Shown: positions 28,194 through 38,409, counted from the first letter of the stretch. The stretch: 52,652 nt of DNA from Candidatus Zixiibacteriota bacterium (GCA_014730345.1 WJIJ01000082.1:1-52652), one strand, 5' to 3'. Numbers and translations: made by a program. Notes: generated by a model from the sequence alone, not told the origin.

Positions 28194-28952
28194 TCATGCG
28201 GTGAACTTATCCTTGATCAGTCCCCGCAACCTGTAAACAGCCTTAGTGTGTATCTGCGATACCCGGGATTCGGATATCTGCATCACTTCACCGATTTCCT
28301 TTAAAGTCAATTCTTCGTAATAATAAAGAGCGACAACCAGTTTCTCCTGTTCGGAAAGAAAGCTAATTGCGTCGTTAAGATATTCTTTAAGCTCCTTTTT
28401 CTCGATTTCATCGAGTGTCCCGTCCTGGTTTATGGTTTCGACGGTTTCGATGCGGGGAACCTGCCGATTGTCATCCTCCCTGCATATCAATTCATCGAGG
28501 GAAAGGATGGACGTAGAGGCAACCTCTTTAATGGTAGTGTGAAGGTCGCTGGTGGACATGTCCAATTCATTGGCTAATTCCACGATATTCGGATTCCTTC
28601 CGAGTTTGCCGACCAATCTGGTGGTTGCCCTTTCGAGGTTCCTCGATTTGGCGCGAGTTGAACGGGGAACCCAATCAAGGGCCCGTAACTCATCCAGGAT
28701 AGCCCCGCGAATACGGGGAACCGCGAAAGTTTCGAATTTCACACCTCTTTCGGGGTCGAAGTTTTTAGCCGCTTCGATCAGCCCGATAACGCCGGTAGAG
28801 ATAAGGTCATCGAGTTCCACGTATTTGGGGAAACCCATGGCCATTCTTCCGGCTACGTTTTTAACCAAGCCCAGATACTCCGAAAGCAATTGCTGTCTTA
28901 ATACCGGATCATCGGTTCTTTTGTACTCAACCCAGGCTTTTTCCCGGTTCAT
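28194..28952 (-). CDS. fliA: RNA polymerase sigma-28 (FliA/WhiG)
   Basis: KFETFAVPRIRGAILDELRALDWVPRS; LYYYEELTLKEIGEV..ISESRVSQIH. Confidence 0.97.
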   Translation of the reverse strand: MNREKAWVEYKRTDDPVLRQQLLSEYLGLVKNVAGRMAMGFPKYVELDDLISTGVIGLIEAAKNFDPERGVKFETFAVPRIRGAILDELRALDWVPRSTRAKSRNLERATTRLVGKLGRNPNIVELANELDMSTSDLHTTIKEVASTSILSLDELICREDDNRQVPRIETVETINQDGTLDEIEKKELKEYLNDAISFLSEQEKLVVALYYYEELTLKEIGEVMQISESRVSQIHTKAVYRLRGLIKDKFTA

Positions 28953-29022
28953 ATCTGCCCTCCTAAATCAAGCAAGGTTCTAAGAGAACGCTTGCCAGAT
29001 GAAGTACTGCTGTTACAACTAC

Positions 29023-29847
29023 TTATTGCCATTTGAAAACCTTGCTAATGTTTTCGGAAGACGGCGTTTGTCCGCCGTTCCGCCTGTCGATTATTCCCAT
29101 CAGCCGTTTCCTCAATTCCGAGAGATTGACCTTGTTATCCCTTCCGAGCATCGAGGAAAATTCCACTTTTCCAGGCGACCTCATGAAGAGTTTGTCAAAT
29201 CTCAGAAAACCCAAAGCCCTCTTCTCTTCTTTTAAAAATTTGCCGGTGAGCAAACCTATCTTTGTATTGAAATCCTCGAACTCCTCCGGGGAATTGATCA
29301 TGTTCAACATGAAATGAGTTTCCGGTTGAGGAGTTATGGACTTGCATAGTTTGCAGATGGCATAGCCATCGCTTACCGACTGCGGGTCCGTAGTAACAAC
29401 GATCAAAGCGAGGTTCGTAACCATAAGGCTTTCGTAGAGCCCAAGGTCCAACCCCGATGAAGAGTCAATTAAAACAATATCGTTGTACCTCTTCAGGAAC
29501 CCGACCATTTCACTAATCCTATTGAAATTCCTGTCTGCTCCGATATCATTAAGAGTCCGGTTCACTCTCGAAGGAACGAAACGAATCCCGTTGACCGGAA
29601 AAACGAATTCCGACGGTGGATTGGCTCCATTCAAAAAGTATTCCAGGCTTCTTCTCCTGTCCGGATAAACCCCGTAAATGGAGCTTAGGCCGGAGGAGCC
29701 GAGAGCCGCGTCGATAACGGCGACGCGGTATTGCGTCTTCAGGATTTCCACCAGGGTTCTGACAATGGTGGTCTTCCCGGCTCCGCCTTTTCCGGAACAG
29801 ACAGTAATGACGGCACTGCCCCTTATTCTACCGCCGAGGTTATTCAT
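29023..29847 (-). CDS. flhG: FlhG/MinD-like ATPase (divergent)
   Basis: deviant Walker A SGKGGAGKTT; between flhF and fliA; ATG 29847 with GGAGG RBS. Confidence 0.8.
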   Translation of the reverse strand: MNNLGGRIRGSAVITVCSGKGGAGKTTIVRTLVEILKTQYRVAVIDAALGSSGLSSIYGVYPDRRRSLEYFLNGANPPSEFVFPVNGIRFVPSRVNRTLNDIGADRNFNRISEMVGFLKRYNDIVLIDSSSGLDLGLYESLMVTNLALIVVTTDPQSVSDGYAICKLCKSITPQPETHFMLNMINSPEEFEDFNTKIGLLTGKFLKEEKRALGFLRFDKLFMRSPGKVEFSSMLGRDNKVNLSELRKRLMGIIDRRNGGQTPSSENISKVFKWQ

Positions 29848-31087
29848 CGCTATCCTCCACCACGATATTCTCAAATACGCGGGTGCATAATGGTTTTGCT
29901 TTTAGTGGTTCGTATCCATCGTTGATCTCTCTTCCTTTTCCGCCAATCAAGGGGGTCAGCCCGGACTTGATAATAGCGGTAACGGCCATGCCCGGGGACG
30001 CGTCATTTTCGAGATTGGACAGGGCAAGGTGGCTGAAATTGAAATATTCCGTCGATGCCAGAATCTTCTTAACCGAGCTGTAATGCTGGGAAGCATTCAA
30101 AACCAAAACCTTGTTGAGATCAAGACCGGCTATCTCCCGGAGGAACTCCTGTTCTGTTTCATCGCCCGTATCCAGGGCGGGAAGGTCGATTAACAGGGCC
30201 TCTCCTGATTTGTTCTTTTCGATTCTCTGGACGACTTCGGTTAATTTTGAGGTTGCGAAGAAATTAATCTTGAGTATTTTCGCGAACCTGCGCATTTGAT
30301 GCTGACCGGAAACATTGAAACCGTCCAGAGAAATGATGCTAACGGGAATTTTGTAATCCTTCAGGCAACTCAAGGCAATTTTAGCAATCAGGGTGCTCCT
30401 GCCGCATCCGGCATTGCCGGTAAATGCCATGGGGCGTTTCTTTAAAAGATTTTCAATATTTCCTATGGACGGGCAATTTTCCGCGAGATGTTTTGCCCAT
30501 CTTTTTTGTAAAGGTGAGTCGCCATCGCCGGTCAATCTTCCGGAAAGCGTATCTTTTACCATCTCGTCGATAAATTCCGGATCGATATTGAGGGCCGCGA
30601 TCTGCCGGTAAAGTTCATCTACTTCGGCCGGTATCAGCTTGAGATACTTTTCGGCGGAAAGCCTTGACAGCCCATCGCTGAACATTTCGTTAACCTGCTG
30701 TAAATCTCCATCGTTTTTTTCACCGTCATCAGTGTTGATGTTATCGGTAACGCTGCCGAGGTCACCGATAAAAGGGGCCGAAAGGGTATCTTCGACCGAA
30801 CCGGGAGACGGAGGCGGAGTTACGGCGGGGCCATGCTGTTCGAATTTTTCCGGTTCAAATTCGAAGCGGCTTTGGCCGATGGTGACCGGCGGCGGTGTGT
30901 CGAAAAATTCGGAAGCCGGTTCCGGGTAGTCAACCGCCGCGGTAACTTCCACGCCCTTACGGCTGTCGGATGGACCTGTTGGGGCGAGAGTACGGGTGTT
31001 TAAAATAACCGCGTCATCGCCCATTTCCTTTTTGATTCTGCTTAGCGCTTCAGGAACGCTGCCTGCAATGAACTTTTTAACTCTCAT
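29840..31087 (-). CDS. flhF: FlhF SRP-type GTPase homologue (degenerate G motifs)
   Basis: canonical N-terminus MRVKKFIAGSVPEALSRIKKEMGDDAVIL...VEVTAA; follows flhA. Confidence 0.85.
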   Translation of the reverse strand: MRVKKFIAGSVPEALSRIKKEMGDDAVILNTRTLAPTGPSDSRKGVEVTAAVDYPEPASEFFDTPPPVTIGQSRFEFEPEKFEQHGPAVTPPPSPGSVEDTLSAPFIGDLGSVTDNINTDDGEKNDGDLQQVNEMFSDGLSRLSAEKYLKLIPAEVDELYRQIAALNIDPEFIDEMVKDTLSGRLTGDGDSPLQKRWAKHLAENCPSIGNIENLLKKRPMAFTGNAGCGRSTLIAKIALSCLKDYKIPVSIISLDGFNVSGQHQMRRFAKILKINFFATSKLTEVVQRIEKNKSGEALLIDLPALDTGDETEQEFLREIAGLDLNKVLVLNASQHYSSVKKILASTEYFNFSHLALSNLENDASPGMAVTAIIKSGLTPLIGGKGREINDGYEPLKAKPLCTRVFENIVVEDSDE

Positions 31088-33152
31088 TGTTGATACCTAT
31101 CACTCCTACTGAAAATACTTCTACATCAGTGGTTATTTCGTTATATGATATTACTATTGCCTGTGGTAAAACCGATTCGATCAAACGCCGGAAGGGCAGT
31201 CTGATATTCGGTGAACAAAGGATAATCGGATTCTGATTATTGGCGATCATGGAATCGATGACTGCCTTGGTTTTCTCGATTATCTTTTGGGTAACTTCCG
31301 ATGGGAGGGCTACAAGGATTCCATGACGAGTGCTCTTCGTGTTATCAGCTATCATCTGCTCAAGGCGGGGTTCACATGTAGAGACATGGAGCTTATTCTC
31401 CTCATCTTTGTAGAGATGACATATCGCCCTGGCCAGCGCGTGGCGTACGTATTCGGTAAGGATTTCCGGATCCTTGGTAGACTGGCTGTAATCGGCAAGG
31501 GTTTCCATGATGGTCAGCAGGTCCTTAATGGGAACTCTTTCCTTAAGCAGATTCTGGAGGACTTTTTGAACCGCGCCGATACTTAGCGCTTCTGGAAGGA
31601 CTTCATCAACAACCGCCGGGTAATCTTCCCGCAAGGTATCAATAAGCTTCTGGCAATCCTGCCTGCTGAGTATCTCGGCGGCGTTGTTTTTAACCACCTC
31701 GGTAAGATGGGTGGCTATAACCGCGGGATGTTCGACTATGGTATATCCCAGAACCTCGGCAGTTTCCTTGTTCTCGGGCGCAATCCATATAGCTTTTAAT
31801 CCGAACGCGGGTTCGATGGTATCCACGCCGTTCATTTTCTGTTCGGGTTCGCCCTGGGCGATAGCGAGTACATGCCCGGAAGCGAGTTCAAATTTGGATA
31901 TGGGAACACCCTTGATTTTAATCTGGTACTCGTTGGGTTTGAGTTGGATATTATCCCGTATACGAATCGGCGGCACAATCAAGCCTAAATCCGAAGCCAG
32001 CTGGCGGCGAATCAATGATATTCTTTCGAGGATATCGCCGCCCTGGGCGCTGTCTACCAACGGAATCAAACCATAACCGATTTCGACTTCCAGCACATCA
32101 ATTTTCAAATACTCTTCCGGTTGTGCCGGCGGAGGTCCGGTTTGTTCGGGGATTTCCTTCTTTTTCGGTTTTTGTTCAGCTTTGACCGATTTTGAAACAA
32201 CATAAGAGACCAAACCTGCCAGAGCCCCCAGTATCATAAATGGAAGCGTGGGCAGACCGGGAACTATAGCGAACATGAAAAGCACCGCGGCGGCAATCAT
32301 GATAGCCCTCGGAAAACCGGTAATCTGCTGGGTAATATCCTGGCCGAGGTTTGTTTCGGAGGCGGCCCTGGTGACGATTAAACCCGATGAAGTCGAGATG
32401 ATCAATGCCGGTATCTGGCTGACCAGGCCATCGCCAACGGTCAGCAGAGTGTAGGTCTGCAGGGCTTCGTTGATGCCCATTCCCAGTTGAACCATTCCAA
32501 TAACCAGGCCGCCGATGATATTTATAACCGTAATGAGAATTCCCGCGATAGCATCTCCTCGAACGAACTTACTGGCACCGTCCATAGCGCCGTAAAAATC
32601 GGCTTCTCTTGAAATATCCGAACGGCGTTGACGAGCTTCCTCATCGGATATCAAACCGGCGTTCAGGTCAGCATCAATCGCCATCTGTTTACCGGGCATG
32701 GCATCCAACGTAAAACGGGCGGCAACTTCGGCGATACGGGTCGCGCCCTTGGTAATGACCACAAACTGGATAATAACCAGGATGAGGAATATGATGAAAC
32801 CGACTATGTAATTACCTTTGACAACGAAATTACCGAACGCGGATATTACATCGCCGGCAAACGCTTCGCCAAGAATCAAGCGGGTACTGGCGACATTAAG
32901 CGAAAGTCTCAATAATGTAATAATCAATAGCATTCCCGGAAAGACCGACAACTCCAGGGGTTTGGAGATATACATGGTCACCAGCAGGATAATCAGCGAG
33001 AAAGCGATGTTGAAGGTTAGCATTAAATCCAATACGATGGGCGGCAAAGGTATGATTAACACAACCAGGATAGCCACTACCGCGATTGCCAGGGCAACAT
33101 CGGAGTTCATCGCTATTCTATGGAAAATGCTTTGTTTATTCCCGTCTGCCAT
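31077..33152 (-). CDS. flhA: flagellar export protein FlhA
   Basis: RIAEVAARFTLDAMPGKQMAIDADL, FYGAMDGASKFVRGDA. Confidence 0.98.
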   Translation of the reverse strand: MADGNKQSIFHRIAMNSDVALAIAVVAILVVLIIPLPPIVLDLMLTFNIAFSLIILLVTMYISKPLELSVFPGMLLIITLLRLSLNVASTRLILGEAFAGDVISAFGNFVVKGNYIVGFIIFLILVIIQFVVITKGATRIAEVAARFTLDAMPGKQMAIDADLNAGLISDEEARQRRSDISREADFYGAMDGASKFVRGDAIAGILITVINIIGGLVIGMVQLGMGINEALQTYTLLTVGDGLVSQIPALIISTSSGLIVTRAASETNLGQDITQQITGFPRAIMIAAAVLFMFAIVPGLPTLPFMILGALAGLVSYVVSKSVKAEQKPKKKEIPEQTGPPPAQPEEYLKIDVLEVEIGYGLIPLVDSAQGGDILERISLIRRQLASDLGLIVPPIRIRDNIQLKPNEYQIKIKGVPISKFELASGHVLAIAQGEPEQKMNGVDTIEPAFGLKAIWIAPENKETAEVLGYTIVEHPAVIATHLTEVVKNNAAEILSRQDCQKLIDTLREDYPAVVDEVLPEALSIGAVQKVLQNLLKERVPIKDLLTIMETLADYSQSTKDPEILTEYVRHALARAICHLYKDEENKLHVSTCEPRLEQMIADNTKSTRHGILVALPSEVTQKIIEKTKAVIDSMIANNQNPIILCSPNIRLPFRRLIESVLPQAIVISYNEITTDVEVFSVGVIGINNES

Positions 33153-34222
33153 TATTTAACCTTCTTTTTCAACCGGTATACATAAGCGAGTACTTCAGCG
33201 ACCGCTTTGTAGAGATTTTCCGGTATTTCCATTCCCACTTCCGCGTATTTAAAAAGCGCCTGGGCGAGAGGTTTATTCTCGACTACGGGCACTTTGAATT
33301 TCTTGGCGACTTCCTTAATTTTTTCAGCAATCAAGCGCTGACCTTTAGCTACCACTACCGGCGCGTTCATTTTCTCTGTATCATATTTCAAGGCGACGGC
33401 GATATGGGTCGGGTTGGTTACCACAACGTCGGCAGTCTGAACATCATTGAGCATTCTCTTTTTAGACTGCTCCCGCTGGATGCGCTTGATCTTGGATTTA
33501 ACCTGGGGATCGCCTTCATACTGCTTGTTCTCGTCTTTCACTTCCTGCTTGGTCATCCTCAGGCTTTTCTTGTAATTGTATTTCTGGTAAGCGTAGTCGA
33601 GGATAGCCAGTATAAGCAGTAAGGCGACACACCTGATGGCGAGTTTAAAAGCAACGGTACCGCCGTAAGTAAGCACCTGGCCGAGGGATTGGTCCATCAG
33701 GGGGATGTAATTATCCATTTCGGCATCGAGGGTAACATAAGCAACGATGCCGATAAGGACTATCTTGATAGAATCCCTGAACAGATCGAAAAGCTTCTTC
33801 GCGTTTACCAGGTTTTTGGCTCCCTTGGCGATATTCAATTTATCAAACTTCGGTTCTACAGCCTTAGACGAAAAGAGAGGCCCGACCTGCAAAAAGGAAA
33901 TACCGAAGGCAACAATCGAAACCAGCAGGAAGAAGGGAGCAACAATTTTAGCGTATTCGAAGCCCCAGGTCTGAAAAGTATAATAGACGCTTTCGGATGA
34001 AATATCTATTTGCCCCAGGTTTTGAAAATGCCCTGTAAACATCGAATGGACTTTGTTATAAAACATCGATGAAAACACAAATATCGTAACCACGCCCGCG
34101 GCAATAATGGCGACAGAGGATAGCTCCTGAGATTTGGCTACCTGGCCTTCCTGCCGCGCGTCGGAAATACGTCGCGGTGTTGGCTCTTCTGTTTTATCCT
34201 GTGAGGAACTCTCTTCTGCCAT
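33152..34222 (-). CDS. flhB: flagellar export protein FlhB
   Basis: DKTEEPTPRR; NPTH autocleavage motif. Confidence 0.98.
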   Translation of the reverse strand: MAEESSSQDKTEEPTPRRISDARQEGQVAKSQELSSVAIIAAGVVTIFVFSSMFYNKVHSMFTGHFQNLGQIDISSESVYYTFQTWGFEYAKIVAPFFLLVSIVAFGISFLQVGPLFSSKAVEPKFDKLNIAKGAKNLVNAKKLFDLFRDSIKIVLIGIVAYVTLDAEMDNYIPLMDQSLGQVLTYGGTVAFKLAIRCVALLLILAILDYAYQKYNYKKSLRMTKQEVKDENKQYEGDPQVKSKIKRIQREQSKKRMLNDVQTADVVVTNPTHIAVALKYDTEKMNAPVVVAKGQRLIAEKIKEVAKKFKVPVVENKPLAQALFKYAEVGMEIPENLYKAVAEVLAYVYRLKKKVK

Positions 34223-34224
34223 GG

Positions 34225-35007
34225 TTATCTCGCGTTCAATATTATCAGGTTCGTTAAATCCGCTTCCATCTGAGTCATGAATTTGGAGAACAAACTGCCG
34301 AAATACGGCAGTCCGGCCGCAATAATCATCAACCCGGCGGCGATCTTAACTGGAAATCCAACGATAAAAACATTCATCTGGGGCACGGTCCTGGCAATGA
34401 TGCCGAGGGCAAGACTCACCAGGAAGAGGGTAATCATTGCCGGCGCGGCAATTTTCATACCGATGACGAATATGTTCATACTCATCCTGGCAATAAGAGA
34501 ACCGGAAGCCTGCACGAAAGACATCTGCCCCGGGGCAATAAGCTGGAAGCTTTGGACGACCGCCGAGATGAGGAAATGATGCCCGTTTATCGCCAGGTAA
34601 ATCAGCATGGCCATGAAGTATTTGAATTCAGCGATAATGGAAACCTGGGTTTGGGTCGCGGGATCGATTACGTTAACAATGGCGAAACCCATCTGGAATC
34701 CAATAACATGCCCGGCAACATGCATAGCCATAAATATGAAGTTGGCTACGAAACCGAGCATAGCGCCGAATGAAACTTCCTGTGCGACTATAAGCAGGAT
34801 TTCTATGATATCTCCTTTTACGGCTTTTTCGGGAGTAGGAATCAGCGGAAGGGCAATAATAGTTACCGAGAGAGCGATTATCATTTTAACTTTGACGGGA
34901 ACGCTTTTATTGCCGAAAAACGGCGAGATAAAAAACATGCCCGATATGCGTGCCAAAACGAGTAAGAAGACCTCGAATCTCTCAATAACTACTTGCAATA
35001 AATCCAT
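34225..35007 (-). CDS. fliR: export gate FliR
   Basis: GFQMGF..VIDP, RTVPQMNVFIVGFPVK. Confidence 0.96.
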   Translation of the reverse strand: MDLLQVVIERFEVFLLVLARISGMFFISPFFGNKSVPVKVKMIIALSVTIIALPLIPTPEKAVKGDIIEILLIVAQEVSFGAMLGFVANFIFMAMHVAGHVIGFQMGFAIVNVIDPATQTQVSIIAEFKYFMAMLIYLAINGHHFLISAVVQSFQLIAPGQMSFVQASGSLIARMSMNIFVIGMKIAAPAMITLFLVSLALGIIARTVPQMNVFIVGFPVKIAAGLMIIAAGLPYFGSLFSKFMTQMEADLTNLIILNAR

Positions 35008-35062
35008 TCTGCTTGTCTACTTCCTTTCAGGACACAATTTCCCTAAATCGAAAAAACATTAG

Positions 35063-35080
35063 AGCAAGCGGGATTCCCAA
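35063..35080 (-). promoter_or_regulatory. possible sigma-54 promoter of fliR-flhB-flhA
   Basis: TTG-GG-AATCCCGCTT-GC-T (GG-N10-GC with TTGC) in the 204-bp fliQ-fliR gap. Confidence 0.55.
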
Positions 35081-35211
35081 TTTCAGCGGGAGAATAATAT
35101 TTTTTAAGTTATTGTTTATTAAGGTTTTACGAAGGTGGATGCCGGAACGTTGCCGGTAGAGTGATTGGGTAGTGGGAAGGAATTTCCGGTTGAGCGGAGC
35201 ATATTACCCCC

Positions 35212-35487
35212 CTACCCCAGAGTTGAGATTCCGGTAATAAGCCGGGTGGTGAAATCAAGCAAAAGGTTGAACATCCATGGCAGGAAAATAAGAAGAGCCA
35301 GGGCAACCGACACGATTTTGGGAATAAATGTCAGGGTCATCTCGTGTATCTGGGTTACTGCCTGAAGGATACTCACGGTCAAACCGACGATCAACCCGAA
35401 AGCGAGCATCGGCGACGATACCAGCAACGCCAGCAGGATGGCTTCTCTACCTAATGAAAGAACGTAGCTAAATTCCATAATTATCAC
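35212..35487 (-). CDS. fliQ: export gate FliQ (alternative start ATG 35478)
   Basis: QAVTQIHEMTLTFIPK. Confidence 0.96.
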   Translation of the reverse strand: MIIMEFSYVLSLGREAILLALLVSSPMLAFGLIVGLTVSILQAVTQIHEMTLTFIPKIVSVALALLIFLPWMFNLLLDFTTRLITGISTLG

Positions 35488-36239
35488 CCAAATGAAGCAA
35501 CTAACGATTTAATAACCAAATACCATCCGTCAACAAGGACGAACAGCAAAATCTTGAATGGGAGCGATACCATAATCGGCGGCAACATAAGCATACCCAT
35601 CGACATCAAGACCGATGCAACTACCATATCGATAACCAGGAAGGGTATAAACAGCGTAAAGCCTATCTGAAATGCCGTCCGCAATTCGCTGGTAATGAAT
35701 CCGGGAATCAGCACGTATGTTGGAATATCCTCCTGTGTTTGCGGTTGTTCAAGGCCCGAAAGCCCGACGAACAGTTCCAGGTCTTTTTCATTAACCTGGT
35801 AAAGCATAAATTCTCTTATAGGCTTGATACCAACATCATAAGCTTCCTTCTGATTTAACTCTCCATCGAGGTATGGTTGTATTGCGTTTGTATGCACCTC
35901 ATTTATCACAGGAGACATCAGGAAAAAGGTTAAAATCAGGGCTAATCCCATTAAAAGTTGATTTGGCGGCATCTGATGAGTACCCATAGCCTGCCGGAGA
36001 AATGCGAATACCACCACGATCCTGATAAAGGATGTAACCATTATCATTATCGAGGGAGCCAGCGCCAGGACGGTAAGTACAACCAGGATCTGCATAGTAG
36101 CGCTAAGATCATCTGGGTTTTCGGCATCTCCGACCTGAACAGAAATTTTCGGTAGTGATTGGGAGAAAGCGCTGTCGGCTATGATAAAAACCGCTCCGAT
36201 AAGGACTATCAGGACCAGGTATTTCTTATACTTCAACAT
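35484..36239 (-). CDS. fliP: export gate FliP
   Basis: TSFIRI, PPNQ, LPFKILLFVLVDGW. Confidence 0.98.
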   Translation of the reverse strand: MLKYKKYLVLIVLIGAVFIIADSAFSQSLPKISVQVGDAENPDDLSATMQILVVLTVLALAPSIMIMVTSFIRIVVVFAFLRQAMGTHQMPPNQLLMGLALILTFFLMSPVINEVHTNAIQPYLDGELNQKEAYDVGIKPIREFMLYQVNEKDLELFVGLSGLEQPQTQEDIPTYVLIPGFITSELRTAFQIGFTLFIPFLVIDMVVASVLMSMGMLMLPPIMVSLPFKILLFVLVDGWYLVIKSLVASFG

Positions 36240-36762
36240 TGCCGGCCTTTCCTAACAAATTTCTTTCCACGTTCAGTCTCAATTTATCCAGAATATCCTT
36301 GAATTTTCCATTTGGAGCTTTAGACATGGCCGTCGAATTGGAAACATTCTTAAAATCTTCGGGATTGAGTTCGCATATAAAATTCATAGAAGTGTCGGAC
36401 GAAGCTACCAACAGGTATTTACTACCGGCCCGGACAACATGGAGCCCTTTTTTAGGGCCCATAAAGGAGTTATCGATTATTTCGATATTGCTGTTGGAAT
36501 TAGCTCTCCCCCACCGGGCGTTGGAAAGGCGTTTCAGTCCCCATATTGAGAAATAGATAACAAGGCAAATAATTGCCAGGGACAATAACAGTCTGATAAT
36601 AAGGCCAAAACTCGAGGTTTCGAGTTTTGCCGGATTCTGTTTCTGAGAATCGATATTTTTTTCGCTTTTAAAAATTCCGCCGGTGGAATCCTGCGCCTGA
36701 ACGAGCCCCACGCTCAAAACACATGCGATCAGAGCGATTACTACTATAAACTTCAACTTCAA
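36226..36762 (-). CDS. fliO: FliO/FliZ-like protein
   Basis: TM helix then GPKKGLHVVRAGSKYLLV; between fliN and fliP. Confidence 0.85.
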   Translation of the reverse strand: MKLKFIVVIALIACVLSVGLVQAQDSTGGIFKSEKNIDSQKQNPAKLETSSFGLIIRLLLSLAIICLVIYFSIWGLKRLSNARWGRANSNSNIEIIDNSFMGPKKGLHVVRAGSKYLLVASSDTSMNFICELNPEDFKNVSNSTAMSKAPNGKFKDILDKLRLNVERNLLGKAGNVEV

Positions 36763-36775
36763 ACTCCCTTAAATA

Positions 36776-37351
36776 CTATTTAATCCTATCCTGCGGCGAG
36801 ACCAGTTCAGTTATCCTGATACCAAAATTCTCATCGACCACAACAACCTCGCCTTTGGCGATTTGCCGGTTATTAACAAGCAAATCAACAGGTTCACCGG
36901 CGAGTTTGTTTAGCTCCACAACCGAACCGGCTCCGAGATTAAGGATGTCCTCGATAAGCATCTGGGTTCTGCCGAGTTCAATTGAAACCGGCAAGGGCAC
37001 ATCCAGAAGCAAGTCTATGTTCTGGGTGTTCGCGGTCGTTTCCCCGGATCCCAGGTTAGGGAATTCGGCTGGTTTAACCATATTCGGCATCTGGACTTCA
37101 TCGTTCTGGTCTTCCAATCCGGCATCGTCACTGTCATTATCGAGCGCCGCCTGCATCTGTGCCGCTATTTCATCCTCTTCGCTTCCACCTGCGGTTTCAG
37201 CATCTTCGGATGCTTGTTCCTGGTCCGAAGAATCATCTAAAGAATCGCCCATTTGCTGTTCAACCAGTTTTTCGAGCTCCTCTTGAGAGACGTGCTCTTT
37301 CGGATTCTCCTGAGCATCGCCAGAGGTATTTTCTAAGTTTTCTTCTGTCAT
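36776..37351 (-). CDS. fliN: motor switch protein FliN
   Basis: [17 protein letters not shown]...[14 protein letters not shown]; acidic N-terminal extension. Confidence 0.95.
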   Translation of the reverse strand: MTEENLENTSGDAQENPKEHVSQEELEKLVEQQMGDSLDDSSDQEQASEDAETAGGSEEDEIAAQMQAALDNDSDDAGLEDQNDEVQMPNMVKPAEFPNLGSGETTANTQNIDLLLDVPLPVSIELGRTQMLIEDILNLGAGSVVELNKLAGEPVDLLVNNRQIAKGEVVVVDENFGIRITELVSPQDRIK

Positions 37352-38394
37352 ACCGACTCCTGAATTTCATCCGCTCCAAATTTATCGTCAGTCAACTCTT
37401 TCATTCCGATAGAAATCGGTTCAATAACCGACGTCAACTGCACCGCCCGCCTTTTACCCAGGTATCCCACGCGTCCCCTAAATTTGGGCTGATCTTCAAC
37501 AACGACCGTAAATTCATCGTCCTTCGAATTATCCAAACAGATGACATCGCCCACACGGACTTTAAGGATTTCCTCCATGGTGATCATGGTGCCCTGCAAT
37601 TGGACAGAAAGGTTAGCTCCCATGGTTTTTACTCTCTGTATGTTTTCTTTTGTTTCAAGCTCTTTATTACGTCTCCTTGAAGTATCTATCCAGTGCTGGC
37701 CGGATAGCTTTTGAACTATTGACTCCAGGGTTATATAGGGATAGCAAATTGTCATCACCCCATAGGTTTCACCCATTTTAACCTGGAGTGAAACAGTAAT
37801 CACGGTTTCCCCCGGAGGTACTATCTGGATGAATTGAGGATTGGTTTCGTAGTTGGTGATATTCATATTAATCGGAACGATGTTCTCCCATGCCTTTTCC
37901 AGGGCGGTCATGGTCTTGTTAAGAACCTTGTTCATAATCGAGCGTTCGATATTGGTCAATTCACGCTCGGTTTCCAAGGTGGCTCCTTTCCCGCCGAAAA
38001 TCCTGTCGACAATGAAAAAGGCGACCGAAGAATTGATGTTAATTACTCCGGGGCCTTCGAGGGGATCCATCTGAAAAATATATGAACAGCTTGGGGCGGA
38101 GAGTGACATTATATATTCCGAATACGTAATCTGGTCAACAGCGACTAAATCCACATCCACCATAGTACGGGTGTAAGCCGAAAATGATGAGCCAAGATGG
38201 TTGGCGAAGTTATCATGAAGGCTTTCAACAGTACGTATCTGGTCTTTATTGACCCGGTTTGGATGTTTAAAGTCGTATGAAACAACATTACGCTGTTGTT
38301 CCTGAGGTTCGGTAAAAACCTCTTCCTCAATTTCTCCTCCGGCCGCGGAGGCAATCAACGCATCAATTTCGTCCTGTGCAAGTATCTTAACCAT
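37348..38394 (-). CDS. fliM: motor switch protein FliM
   Basis: [28 protein letters not shown]. Confidence 0.96.
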   Translation of the reverse strand: MVKILAQDEIDALIASAAGGEIEEEVFTEPQEQQRNVVSYDFKHPNRVNKDQIRTVESLHDNFANHLGSSFSAYTRTMVDVDLVAVDQITYSEYIMSLSAPSCSYIFQMDPLEGPGVININSSVAFFIVDRIFGGKGATLETERELTNIERSIMNKVLNKTMTALEKAWENIVPINMNITNYETNPQFIQIVPPGETVITVSLQVKMGETYGVMTICYPYITLESIVQKLSGQHWIDTSRRRNKELETKENIQRVKTMGANLSVQLQGTMITMEEILKVRVGDVICLDNSKDDEFTVVVEDQPKFRGRVGYLGKRRAVQLTSVIEPISIGMKELTDDKFGADEIQESV

Positions 38395-38409
38395 ATTCCC
38401 TTACCACAC

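Noticed and set aside
28971-28998. Sigma-54 promoter before fliA (TGGCAAG...TTGC)
   Set aside because: The GG-to-GC spacing is far more than the required 10 nt
29023-31087. flhF and flhG as pseudogenes
   Set aside because: Both are full-length, uninterrupted and overlap their neighbours in operon fashion; the changes are substitutions, so they are reported as pseudoenzymes
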